This document shows, piece after piece, positions 1 to 11,644 of a stretch of DNA of 48,163 nucleotides. The stretch comes from Chiloscyllium plagiosum (Eukaryota), in contig NW_025215377.1 of assembly GCF_004010195.1 (NCBI RefSeq), positions 114,026 through 162,188 of the forward strand, written 5' to 3'. Every line of letters starts with the position of its first letter. The first letter of the stretch is position 1. Both the position numbers and the translations under genes were made by a program. The notes beneath the pieces were generated by a model. That model ran no database searches, was not told where the DNA came from, and was given only the letters and a program-made list of their open reading frames with translations.

Positions 1-497
1 GCAATTCTGGTCTCCTTCCTATTGGAAAAATGTTGTGAAACTTGAAAGGGTTCAGAAAAGATTTACAAGGATCTGAGGGAGCTGGGGCTGTTTTCCCTGG
101 AGCGTCGTAGGCTGATGGGTGACCTTATAGAGGCTTACAAAATTATGAAGGGCATGGATAGGATAAATAGGCAAAGTCTTTTCCCTTGGGTCGGGGAGTC
201 CAGAACTGGAGGGCATAGGTTTAGGGTGAGGGGGAAAGATATAAAAAAGAGACCTAAGGGGCAACTTTTTCACACAGAGGGTGGTACGTGTATGGAATGA
301 GCTGCCAGAGGATGTGGTGGAGGCTGGTACAATTGGAACATTTAAGAGGCATTTGGATGGGTATATGAACAGGAAGGGTTTGGAGGGATATGGGCCGGGT
401 GCTGGCAGGTGGGACTAGATTGGGTTGGGATATCTGGTCGGCATGGACGGGTGGACCGAAGGGTCTGTTTCCATGCTGTACATCTCTATGACTCTAT
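1..497 (+). mobile_element. CR1-type LINE 3' fragment
   Basis: RT C-terminal-like GDLIEAYKIMKGMDRINRQSLFP...; 3' UTR ends in ctctatga-type repeats; similar copies occur elsewhere in the window. Confidence 0.9.
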
Positions 498-1104
498 GTT
501 TGGTTAATTCTATTTTATCTTCACTTCTTTTACATAATAAGCTTCTGTTTTATTGTTAAACTGGAATCTGCAGCATGGATGATTGTGTTTCAGTGAAAGA
601 CTATCTCATTCAAATTCCCCCAAAAATATGATCCATTCAGCCAATCTGGATTTGCCTTTTCCAGTAACAACATCAGCCAGGATCATAAAAAGAATCTCCA
701 AGGAACTTTGCAAACCTTTCTTGGGGTGACCCTGAGGGTGAGGATCTTTATCACACTTATGTAAACGTACTGGGGAAAAAGAAGACCTGTTGTTGAAGCC
801 TTTCATCATATGAACATTTAAACAGGAAACAGGACTAGGCCACTCATCCCCTCGAGACTGTTCCATCATCATGCCTGATCTGTCTACCCCATCTTTCTGC
901 TTACCTTCGATAATCTTTCATCCCCTTGCTTATAAAGTATCAATCTATCTTTGCCTTAAAATATTCAAGAAATCTGTCTCCACTTTGGAAGAGAGCCCCA
1001 AAAAGTCACACCTTTATGAGATTACATTTCTCCAAATCTCTGTCTTGTAGTCATCAGGACAGATGCAAGAATGTCAAATCTCAAAGGGAGCAACACAGCA
1101 TTGT

Positions 1105-1430
1105 GGGCGGCACGGTGGCACAGCAGTTAGCACTGCTGCCTCACGGCGCCAGAGACCCGGGTTCAATTCCCGCCTCAGGCAATTCTCCGTGTGGAGTTTG
1201 CACATTCTACCCATGTCTGCGTGGGTTTCCTACAGGTGCTCTAGTTTCCTCCCACAATCACAAAAATGTGCAGGTTAGGTGAATTCGCCCTGCTAAATTG
1301 GCCGTAGTGTTAGGTGAAGGGGTAAATGTAGGGGAATGGGTCTGGGTGGGTTGCGCTAGCTGTGGACTTGTTGGGCCGTAGGGCCTCTTTTCACACTGTA
1401 AGTAATCTAATCTAACCTAATTAATCTAAA
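1105..1430 (+). mobile_element. tRNA-derived V-SINE (HE1-like)
   Basis: tRNA-like head (ggtggcacagcagttagc ... ggttcaattcc), V-domain gtttgcacattct..gtctgcgtgggtttcc, CR1-like 3' end and (aatct)n tail. Confidence 0.88.
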
Positions 1431-1584
1431 TCATGAGAACAAGGTACTGTTTGATTAGCACGTTGACTCTGATTGGCCAAGGCATTTCCCAGAAGAATGC
1501 ACCAAGAAATTACTGCCCCTGTCGTTTTTCCTGCAGAGGACAGATCCCTGCAAATGAACTTATGTAGCTTCTAACAGATGTGAA

Positions 1585-1698
1585 TCACATTGTGCCCTGA
1601 CTGATAAATTCAAATTGGTTGCTAGTCTCATTTTTACAGCGATCAGGATTGTTCAGCAAGTGCTGTCCAATCGCAGAATCAAACCTATATCGATTATG
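1585..1698 (-). mobile_element. Old Penelope-like endonuclease C-terminal remnant, interrupted by a younger insertion
   Basis: Minus-strand translation DSAIGQHLLNNPDRCKNETSNQFEFISQ resembles the SAI..HL motif found after Penelope GIY-YIG cores. Confidence 0.55.
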
Positions 1699-1933
1699 AG
1701 GTAAAGCACCTCCGCCCTCAGACCCAACCCCTCCAACCGCAACAAGGACAGAACGCCCCTGGTGCTCACCTTCCACCCTACCAACCTTCGCATAAACCAA
1801 ATCATCCGCCGACATTTCCGCCACCTCCAAACAGACCCCACCACCAGGGATATATCTCCCCCCCCCCCCCTCTCCGCCTTCCGCAAAGACCGTCCCCTCC
1901 GTGACTACCTGGTCAGGTCCACGCCCCCCCTAC

Positions 1934-2152
1934 NNNNNNNNNNNNNNNNNNNNNNNNNNNNNNNNNNNNNNNNNNNNNNNNNNNNNNNNNNNNNNNNNNN
2001 NNNNNNNNNNNNNNNNNNNNNNNNNNNNNNNNNNNNNNNNNNNNNNNNNNNNNNNNNNNNNNNNNNNNNNNNNNNNNNNNNNNNNNNNNNNNNNNNNNNN
2101 NNNNNNNNNNNNNNNNNNNNNNNNNNNNNNNNNNNNNNNNNNNNNNNNNNNN
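1934..2152. other. Assembly gap
   Basis: N run. Confidence 1.
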
Positions 2153-2153
2153 C

Positions 2154-2181
2154 GACGTTTCGGGCAAAAGCCCTTCATCAG
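2154..2181 (-). ncRNA. Minimal hammerhead ribozyme core, sense to CLPB pre-mRNA
   Basis: Minus strand reads CUGAUGA-A-GGGC-UUUU-GCCC-GAAA-CG-UC; the downstream stem I strand falls in the N gap. Confidence 0.7.
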
Positions 2182-2383
2182 GAATAAAGGCAGAGAGCCT
2201 GAAGCGTGGAGAGATAAGCTAGAGGAGGGTGGGGGTGGGGAGAGAGTGGCATAGAGTACAATAGGTCAGTGGGGGAGGAGATGAAGGTGATAGGTCAGGG
2301 AGGAGAGGGTGGATGCCACTCTCTCCCCACCCCCACCCTCCTCTAGCTTATCTCTCCACGCTTCAGGCTCTCTGCCTTTATTC

Positions 2384-2411
2384 CTGATGAAGGGCATTTG
2401 CCCGAAACGTC
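2384..2411 (+). ncRNA. Minimal hammerhead ribozyme core
   Basis: CUGAUGA-A-GGGC-AUUU-GCCC-GAAA-CG-UC. Confidence 0.7.
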
Positions 2412-2594
2412 GATTTTGCCTGTCCTCGGATGCTGCCTGAATTGCTGTGCTCTTCCAGCACCACTGATCCAGAATCCTATATCGATTATGGTCCACTCAT
2501 AACAAGCAAAATGAACACACATGTTTTTCATTTAGTAAAATGTCCCAAGGTTACTGTAGAGTAATTGGGGAAGTATTGACACTAAAGGCACACA

Positions 2595-2742
2595 GTTGAG
2601 AGTGTAGTGCCTGAAAAGCACAGCAGGTCAGGCAGCATCCGAAGAGCAGGAAAATCAACGTTTCAGACAAAAGCCCTTCATAGGAATGAGGCTGGGAGCC
2701 TCGAGGAAGGAGAGATAAATGGAAAGGGGGAGGGCTGGGGGA
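2595..2742 (-). mobile_element. Short Penelope-terminus insertion
   Basis: Same terminal sequence as the other copies; flanked by 16-bp direct repeat acactaaaggcacaca (2579-2594, 2743-2758); hammerhead core decayed. Confidence 0.8.
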
Positions 2743-3094
2743 ACACTAAAGGCACACAAGATGGCACAAGGACCAGCGACCAAAGGCTTGGTCAAAGAGG
2801 TGGGTTTTGTTGAGTGTCTTAAAAGCAGACGGAAAGAGATTTATGGAGTTTGTGCTCAAGAGCTTAGATCCCAGGTAAGCAAAAAAAGTGCAGGTACTTT
2901 GAAGGATTTTAAAGCTGGATATTAATATGGAGATAGCAATTGGAAGAAATTAAAAACTACAATGGCGCATTTTAAGCAATTCAGTTGCTACTCAGGGGCA
3001 TGAAGGGGAGAGGGACTCCACCCATGGTACAAGTTAGGACATGGGCAGTTTGTTGTCACTTTGTAATAGAGAGTCATGATGCCAAACTACAAAC

Positions 3095-3198
3095 CCTCGA
3101 GAGAGTGGATGCGTTTCTCCTTGGATGCCTCATACACATTGCTGAACCCATCTCCAAGGTTCGGATCTGCTCCAGCTGCTAACAGAATCTTCATCACG
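3095..3198 (-). CDS. CLPB: CLPB exon 4 (104 bp), ankyrin repeat; gene continues beyond position 1
   Basis: ttttccccgcag|CGTG...GAGG|gtttgt encodes [34 protein letters not shown], compared with human [34 protein letters not shown]. Confidence 0.97.
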
Positions 3199-3450
3199 CT
3201 GCGGGGAAAAAAAAACAGACTACGGTCAGCAACAATACCAACTTGTGCTTTACTTATTCCTTCATGGGATGTGGGTCTCTCTGTCAAACTCAGCATTTTT
3301 CTCTGGCCCTAACTGCCATTGAACTGAATGGGTCTGGAGTCACAAATAGACCAGATTACATATGCCAGATTATGGGAAGGTGATGGACGAGTGGTATTAT
3401 CGCCAGACTGTTAATCCAGAAACTCAACTCATGTTCTAAGGACCAAGGTC

Positions 3451-4057
3451 CATGCCCCCCTACGACCCACCCTCCCATCCTGGCACTTTCCCCTGCCACC
3501 GCAGGAACTGTAAAACCCGTGCCCACACCTCCTCCCTCACCTTATCCAAGGCCCTAAAGGAGCCTTCCACATCCATCAAAGTTTTACCTGCACATCCACT
3601 AATATCATTTATTGTATCCGTTGCTCCCGATGCGGTCTCCTCTACATTGGGGAGACTGGACGCCTCCTAGCAGAGCGCTTTAGGGAACATCTCAGAGACA
3701 CCCGCACCAATCAACCAAACCGCCCCGTGGCCCAACATTTCAACTCCCCCTCCCACTCCTGCGAGGAGGTTGAGCAATTCATCAACTTCACCAACACATT
3801 CCACCCTGACCTTAAATTTACCTGGACCATCTCTGACACCTCCCTCCCCCTCCTGGACCTCTCCATCTCCATCAGTGACGACCGACTCCTCTAGCTTATC
3901 TCTGCATGCTTCAGGCTCACTGCCTTTGTTCCTGATGAAGGGCTTTTGCCCGAAACGTCGATTTCGCTGCTCGTTAGATGCTGCCTGAACTGCTGTGCTC
4001 TTCCAGCACCACTGATCCAAAATCTGGTTTCCAGCATCTGCAGTCATTGTTTTTACC
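3451..4057 (+). mobile_element. Penelope-like element (GIY-YIG endonuclease, RT fragment, terminus) inserted into a SINE
   Basis: GTFPCHRRNCKT...FTCTSTNIIYCIRCSRCGLLYIGETGRLLAERFREHL; RT piece EQFINFTNTFHPDLKFTWTIS; 17-bp TSD ttctaaggaccaaggtc (3434-3450, 4058-4074). Confidence 0.92.
3932..3959 (+). ncRNA. Minimal hammerhead ribozyme core
   Basis: CUGAUGA-A-GGGC-UUUU-GCCC-GAAA-CG-UC. Confidence 0.7.
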
Positions 4058-4631
4058 TTCTAAGGACCAAGGTCTGGATCCCACAATGACAGATGGTGGA
4101 ACTTGAATTCAATAAATAATCTAGAAACAGGAATCTAATGATGACCATGAAACCATTGTTGATTGTTAGGAAAACCCATCTAACACACTAATATTCTTCA
4201 GGGAAGAAAATCTGTCATCCTTACCTGATGTGACTCTAGACCCATGGCAATGTGGTTGACTTTCAACTGCCCTCTGAAAAGGCTCAGTTCAACGGCAGCT
4301 AGGGACAGGCAGTAAATGCTTGCTAGCCAGCAGCTAGCCAGCAGCATCCATGTCCCACAAGCAAATGAACAAAAATGACTGGATAAGGACAACAGATGTC
4401 CTTCCCTGAAGGACATTAGTGAACCAGACGGGTTTTACAACAATCAGTGATAATTATCATGATCTCCAGCACTGAGAGTAACTCTTAATTCCAGATTTAT
4501 TCACTGAAGTTAGCACCTGCCATGGTGATTTCCTCACAGCACTGGCATGAACCCCTGCACTGTGAACCCAATGACATTACCACCATGCCATTATCTCCCT
4601 TCATATGTAGTGAAATATCTGAAAACAAGTG

Positions 4632-4714
4632 CTGAAAATGTGTTGCTGGAAACAGCATCCAGGGAACAGGAGAATCGACGTTTCGGGCATAAGCCCTTCT
4701 TCAGCCCTTCTTCC
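4632..4714 (-). mobile_element. 83-bp Penelope-terminus mini-insertion with hammerhead core at 4677-4704
   Basis: 16-bp TSD tatctgaaaacaagtg (4616-4631, 4715-4730); minus strand reads CUGAAGA-A-GGGC-UUAU-GCCC-GAAA-CG-UC. Confidence 0.8.
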
Positions 4715-5394
4715 TATCTGAAAACAAGTGTCATACTAATTGTGGCACTATGGCATGCAGGGACAGTTGCACTGGTAACCAAAGATGCACGTTTGAACGA
4801 GATCTTAAAGTGGAAATGCTTTAGGTAAGAGAAGGAACACAAGACCTTGATGGAGCTACGTCGGATGGAATCTGTAACCATCACTTTTAATGAGATGTAG
4901 ACTGGGTGCGCTGCTCTGTAAACAAGCCTACTCTCTTAATGAATAGAGGAGCAGGAGCAAAGGGCAGGATTGTTTCCAGTGACTTTTATATCTTATATTC
5001 TTACCATTATCAAAAAATCTTACATCACACAGAGCAATCCCAGTGTACGAAAACAAATGCCTGGAATTGTTTAAGAAACAATCAGATGTTCCAATATGCT
5101 GATGTTGATAATTTTCCTTAGGGTGAATGGAGTCAGATGGGCTGAATGGCCATTCTCACCAGCAGTGATCTCGGTCACTCTAAAGGCCTGGGTAACGCAC
5201 ATGGTGTTAAGGGACCAATTATGATACTGAGGGCAACACTGCGTCAATGTTCAATGATGAACTACAACATCTGACAAAGGCATTTCCCTTCGCAGAATCA
5301 AGGGTGCACCTTAGTGCAGCTACAACTGACACAGGGGACTGGGGTGGGGTGAGAGCGAGATCAGGGTAGACAGAGGGGCACAGACAAACACAGA

Positions 5395-5438
5395 TAGAGA
5401 GAGAGACACCAAAAAAGAGAAAAGGATAGAGAGTGAGA

Positions 5439-5510
<72 letters not shown>

Positions 5511-5530
5511 AGAGAAAATGAGAGAGGAAA
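5395..5530. repeat. (GA)n microsatellite
   Basis: Direct inspection. Confidence 0.95.
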
Positions 5531-6034
5531 TATTGAAAAGAATGAGAGAATCAGGTCCAGCAATACTGAATGAAAGACTTTAAAACACAGTTTATTCAGG
5601 CAAATATCGTGGATATCATTCTTTCAAACTGCTAAACTTGGGAAATTGCAATTGCATTGAATTTGCCAAAACCTAACAGAGATAGGGCTGGGGGCATGAG
5701 CTTAACATTGAGTTTAGCAAACCCTGAGGGAAAGGGGTAGTCATGTGTGGTGAACCAGGGCGATTGCTGATCACCGAGGGGCTCCTGGACATACACACAA
5801 AAGCCAAGGCGCTAGGAAGCTAAACACACGAGGGGTCAATTAAATATGGACATGGCTTTCCCTTGAGCAGTGGGGCCACTGGACAGCTATATAAATATCC
5901 GGAGCGTGACATCAAACCGCCCGCAATGTCCTGGATCAGCAGCAAGACTCCAACTTCGAATAAACATCTGCTGGAAAGGCTCCTGACGCTCTTGTGCAGC
6001 TGATTTATAACTTGGCTAGATTTACACAAGAAAG

Positions 6035-6360
6035 GCAGACTTGCATTTCTATAGCCACTTTCACCTTCAGGATCCAAATGAATCAATGATGCCCTTTTTA
6101 GAGTCACACTAACCATCACCAGTATAGGAAGTGTGAAAGGAAATTTAAGTATAGCAAGCTCCTAAAAACAGCAACATGATAATGGTCAGAGAATGTACTG
6201 TACCTTCTCAAAGATGTTAATGCATGATAAACATTGGATGGGAAGTCCTTGGCTTTTCTTTGAACTGTGCTGTGGCCTTTTACATTTACCTCATGTGAAA
6301 AACAGCACCTCCAACAGTGCAGCACTCAGGACTGTTCTGGACCATTAACCTCGATTACGA
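6035..6360 (-). mobile_element. Degenerate Deu-type SINE
   Basis: acttgcatttctatagc tail motif; related pieces near 11335-11620, 20040-20092, 39300-39450 and 44880-45060. Confidence 0.55.
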
Positions 6361-7239
6361 GTTATATCCTGAAGTTGAACTTGAACCTTCAGCTGGCTGC
6401 TCCAGGGACAAGAATTACACTGATTAATCCTCACCAATTAGGAAATTAAGAGTTGAATACAAATGGAGTTATTGGATAGTCCTGTGTTTCAGAACACAGA
6501 TCTCTGCAATGGCTGTTACCCTTCAATCTCAGTTTATGGGGGTCACTGTCGAGGCTGGCATTCATCGTCCATCTCAAACTGTGCTGAGAAGATAGTGAGA
6601 GGCCTTCAAACTGAAGGACAAGAGCTAGCACTTGTATAGCACCTTGAATAATAAAACATTGCAAGTACTTCGCAGGATAGTTCTCAATCAAAATCTGATG
6701 GAGTCATGCGTTTGGGGATATATGAATGTGCACCCAAACCCCTGGTCAAAACAGCCAATTTCTACAGAGCATCTTAAAAGGGGAAACAGAGATTGAAGGG
6801 GGGAAATTTAAGAGCATAGGGATGGGACAGAAGGCAAGGCCTCCATTGGTGGCATGATGAAAACCACTCATACCAGTGATTAACAGCAGGCTGGAATTAG
6901 ACATGTGTAGATATTTTAGAGGGTTGTGGCACTAGAGAAGTTCACATAGATTGGTAGCAGATTTGACACAACTGAGCAGCTACTTCTAATGGCCTTTAAA
7001 AATCAACAGTACGTTTGTGGAGCCTGGAGTCACCTGCAGGGTGAGGATAACAGGTATCTCTCCCGAAAGGGGAATTAGTGGATCAACTGGATTTGTCAAT
7101 GACAATCTGACAACTACATTGTCGCTTTTTATTTGAAAGCAAATTGTCATTCAAAACATATCACAGCAGATCTTAAACTTAGGATCTCAAGATTATTTGT
7201 TCAGTATCTTAACTATTAACTACATGGCCAAACCTACAA

Positions 7240-9375
7240 GCATATGAACATCCAAATTAGGAACAAATTTGACCCAATTCAATAAGATCATATTCTATCA
7301 GATTGTGTTCCAGATCTTTCAATGCCCTGCCTAACAAAAATCTATTTAACCCCATTTTAAAAATACTACATGACCCTGCCCCACAGGGAGTTCCAAAGTC
7401 TCACAACCCTCTGAGAAAGAATTTCCCCCATCTCTGACCTAAAAGGGCAATCTCTTATTTTAAACCCATGGCCCCTGAATTGTATATTCACCCACACGAG
7501 GACACATCCTTATGAATATACAAAAAAGGAGCCTAACTCTAACCATACTGCAGGCCATTCAGCCCCTCAAGTCTGCTCTGCCATTCAATAAGTTCATGTC
7601 TGATCTGAACTGCAACTTCAAACCTACATTCCTGCTGAGCCCTGTTAAACTTCCATTCTACTATCTAACAAAAACCTAACAACTTCGGCTTTAACAGTAT
7701 TCGAGGACTCTGTACTTCAAAAGGTGATGGAAGCAAAGTCCCAAAGACTCATGACTTTCAGGGAAATCATTTTGCCTAATCTCTGCTTCAAATGAGTGAT
7801 CCCTGATTTTTAAACAGAAGCCCAATAGTCCAGACTCTCCATGCTCGTCATAACCATCCTGTTAAGACCCCTCAGGTTCTTGTATGTTTCAAACAAGTTG
7901 TCTCTTATTCTTCTAAACTCCAGTGGATACAAACCCAGACTGTCCAAGCTTTCCTTATAAGCCAACCTGCCCAATTCCAAGTAGGAGTTTAGTTTCACAA
8001 GCCTTCTATGAACTAGTTCCTTACCTGGGGTGACTAACCTGTGCGCCCAGATGTGGTCTCCCCAGTGCTCTGTCCAAATGAAGCATAACCTCCCTACTTT
8101 CACATTCAATCAGAATTACCAATACTATTAGGAAAGCGTACTTTGGAGAGGCTTCATGATTGGGCAAGAAAGTGGCAAATGGAATACAAATTGGAGAATT
8201 GTGAGAGGAATATGCACTTTAGAAAATACAATTAGCATCCCAGAAGCTGCAGTCATGAAATAGAAAAAAGAGTGGAACTTAGGAAAATCCCTATCGTCCA
8301 GGAAGTGGTACTGAGTAAATTGTTGGAGCTAAGACCTGAAAAGTGTTTAGTTCCTGATGGACTTTATCCTGGCGTCATAGAAGAAGTAGTTGGTGAGATA
8401 ACTGATGTGTTAGTTTTAATTTTCCCCGAATTCCCTAACATATATCAAACAGAAGATGTTAGAAGCTATTACTAGGGAAGTTACAGCAGGGCACTTGACT
8501 GAATTCAGGGTAATCGAGCAGAGTTTGCAGGGTTTTGTGAAAGGGAGATCATGTTTGACCAGTCTTTTGGGTGGATGTATCATCCTTAGATTTTCAGAAG
8601 GCATCTGGTAAGGTGCGACATCAAAAGCTATTGCTGAAGCTAAAAGCATATGGTACAGGGGTAGTATATTGGGATGGATATTTGAGCTGAATAACAGCAA
8701 ACAGAATGTAGGCAGAATTGTTTTTTTTTCAGATTGGCAGAATGAAACAAGTAGTGTTCTCCTGCATGAATCATAAAAAACTAGTTCAGGTCTTAACACC
8801 AACAATTTACTCAGTACCACCTCCTGGACGATAGGGATTTTCCTGAGTTCCACTCTTTTTTCTATTTCATGACTGCAGCTTCTGGGATGCTAATTGTATT
8901 TTCTAAAGTGCATATTCCTCTCACAATTCTCCAATTTGTATTCCATTTGCCACTTTCTTGCCCAATCATGAAGCCTCTCCAAATCCAACTGAAATCTTCC
9001 TTTTTTTACCTTCCTCACATTCCTGCTTATCTGCAAGTTTGGAAATATTACATTTGGTCTACAACTTAGCCTAGGACAGATGGTATAACCTCAGAATAAG
9101 GGTTAGGTTTAACCCAGTTAGGGTAGAGAGGAGGAGGAATTTCTTCATTCAGAGCAGAGTGAATCTGTGGAATTCTTTACTGCAGATGGTTGTGGAGAAT
9201 GGGTCATTAAGTATATTCAAGATTGAGAGAAATAGATTTTTAATCAGGAAGGGAATCAAGGGTTAAAGGGAAAAGGCAGGAAAGTGGAGTTGGGTGTATC
9301 AGATCAACCAAGATCTCACTGAATGGACACAATGGGCCAAATGACTGACTTCTGCTCCTACATCTTATCGTCTTA
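7240..9375. mobile_element. Cluster of old CR1 fragments in both orientations
   Basis: Minus: SLGLYPLEFRRIRDNLFETYKNLRGL. Plus: PDGLYPGVIEEVVGEI, QGFVKGRSCLT, WARKWQMEY, and a CR1 3' UTR ending at about 9375. Confidence 0.8.
8142..8983. repeat. 199-bp near-perfect inverted repeat (8142-8340 / 8785-8983)
   Basis: By eye, 4 mismatches between the arms; the ORF track shows MELRKIPIVQEVVLSKLL on both strands. Confidence 0.95.
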
Positions 9376-11644
9376 AATCATCCCTCAGTCTTCTGCACTC
9401 CAGAAGAAACAAACACAGTATGCAAACTTTCCCACACAGGCTGAGGATGCTATAAATGCCAGAGGATGCTTGTACAAAGAGACCTTCTGTCTAATTGATG
9501 GGAAGCAACATAGTCAGTCAGTGCAAGTGTGATTGACGTCTCAGGGAGGTGGCGGAGGCTGGGGCTGAACAAGAGGAGCTTCCCCTCCCTGTGAGAGTCT
9601 CCTTGGCCACCTTTCCTTCACTGTACCTGGTATCCAGCCCAATCCAGCCTCTTGCTAGAGCTTGATGGCCATGCTTGGAGAATGGGACTGTGTCTGTTGC
9701 CACCCCTCCCACCTCACTTTCTGCACCTCCTTCCTTGTCGGAGTTCAAGGCACACAGCAGCTGCTGACGACACTGTGCAGGGAATGCAATGGCATCAATG
9801 ACACATTTACAAATACTTCCTGGCATGGTGACATCAGCTGCATACACGCAGACCCTTCTGCGGCCAAAAGATATCACAGCCCCTCTCCGCACTTGTTGCG
9901 TTGTGGACATTCATGTTTTCCTCATGAGAGAACCTGCTTGTTCCAGGTATCAATGTTGTAAACCTCCCGGGATTGCTGCCAACATCCTGCCTTACACAAG
10001 GAGAGCAAAATGACATACAGTATTCAAGATGTGCCCCCATTGCTGTACATCACTTCAAGGCATTAATTACTGTCAAATGAAGTTCAGGTGATGGCTCCAC
10101 ACCTTAAACATTCACCTATCTTTTCCCATGGCTTACAGTTTCAATTTCACATCTCCACCAATTGTAAGTCGTTTTTAAAAATTTGTTCATGGGGTGTGGG
10201 CGTCACTGGCTGGGCCAGCATTTATTGTCTGTCCTTAACTGTGCAGGAGAAAGTGGCAGTGAGCCACCTTCCTGAACCGCTGCAGTCCACAAAGTGTCGA
10301 TAAATCCACCTATTGTTTTAAGAAAACTGTACATTGTATGTGAGTTGTTTTGATGTGTTTAAAAATGAAACAAAACACATTTGTTCTGCGTTGACAAAAA
10401 CATAACAGGGATAGCTAAGTGGGCCAAATGAAGAAACAGGGGGCAGGTAACTAGAGTATACTCAGACTTTCCCACTCAGTTCTTTACCCTCGAACATGTC
10501 ACATTCCAACAGCCGGCTGCAGGAAAGGACAACAGTCACACTTGATTGCTACTCTTTGTGTCCTTGCTTTCACTCTCTCTGTTCTTAAAAGAAAGGGAAA
10601 AGACCAAAGGGTGAATTTTTTATCCTCTCAGCATCCAGACTTTTCTCTCGGTCTTTCCATCACTCGCTCTCTCTCTTTCGAACCACAAACAGACTAGCTC
10701 GGACTTCAAAGCCAGCTGAAGAGAGTCTCCCCTCAACCCAGTGTGTGGCCCATGACCCCCACCCCTCTGCCTAACACCCTCCTCTCATCTTTTTTTAAAC
10801 AGAGGCCATCAAAAGCTGGACTTTTGAAGATGTTACACACACACACGTCTGAAGAGATGGTGACTGGAAGACATCAAAAATAAACAAAACAGGGGGACAG
10901 AGATTCCCAACACATGGAAACTGGGTGCACCTTCTTCCACTGCATCAGTCAAGGACGAATACTGTCTCTTGACTCCTGGCCTGGCACTCATCTTGTTCCG
11001 AACCATAAAGAATTGAGGACAGCAGAGTGAGCATATTTTTCTCCGGGGTCAGTGAGACCTGCAAGCAGGTTTGTGGCAGAGGCTTGCTGTTTGAAATTGG
11101 ATTTGGAAGAGGAAACTGTTGCGCCTACATACCCTGCCTGTGCCATGCTTACCCGTGAAGTCAGAACCATGGGAGGTGCACTCTGAAGGACCATCCTGTG
11201 CATTGGCACCTTACCCGTGATGCAGGGTGAAGCGGGTGAAGGCACACAACAAAACCAACCGGAATTGCTGCACTAATCCTCCGAAATCAACTGGGCTCCA
11301 ATATTTTTAAAATCTGTTGCAACAGAAACAAAAAGAACTGGTATTTACATGGAGCGCTCCGTAGTCTCAGGATGTAGGGACACAACAGCCAATTTGTGTT
11401 CAGCAAGATCCCACAAAGGATAAGGAACAGTTTGCTTTTAGCGCCGTTAACTGAAAGATGAATGTTGGGGTCTGCACAATAGGATGGATACCCCTCTGCT
11501 TCTTTGAATTAGTAGTGTAGCACCTTTCTTGCCCTTGCGAGAGGCAGACAGGGCATCTATTTACGAATCCTCAGAAAGGTGGCAGTGCTCCGTAAGCCTA
11601 GAAGTTGCCAGCACAGAGTTTGTGTAAAGTGCCCTTGTTTTGCT

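Larger units (their letters stand above)
1699..2475 (+). mobile_element. Penelope-like element fragment with inverted terminal segment (spans a gap)
   Basis: NRNKDRTPLVLTFHPTNLRINQIIRRHFRHLQTDPTT linker; inverted repeat 2153-2251 / 2314-2412; flanked by direct repeat cctatatcgattatg (1684-1698, 2476-2490). Confidence 0.85.
3385..4378 (+). mobile_element. SINE with L2-like 3' tail, split by the Penelope insertion
   Basis: Related sequence at about 21360-21635 and 27110-27380 (gaattcaataaa...tgatgaccatga...aaaacccatct...cagggaagaaaatctg); tail matches L2 3' ends in the window. Confidence 0.65.

Noticed and set aside
498..720. Possible LTR remnant (similar impression at about 27490-27790)
   Set aside because: Only a vague compositional impression; no paired LTR, PBS or TSD could be shown.
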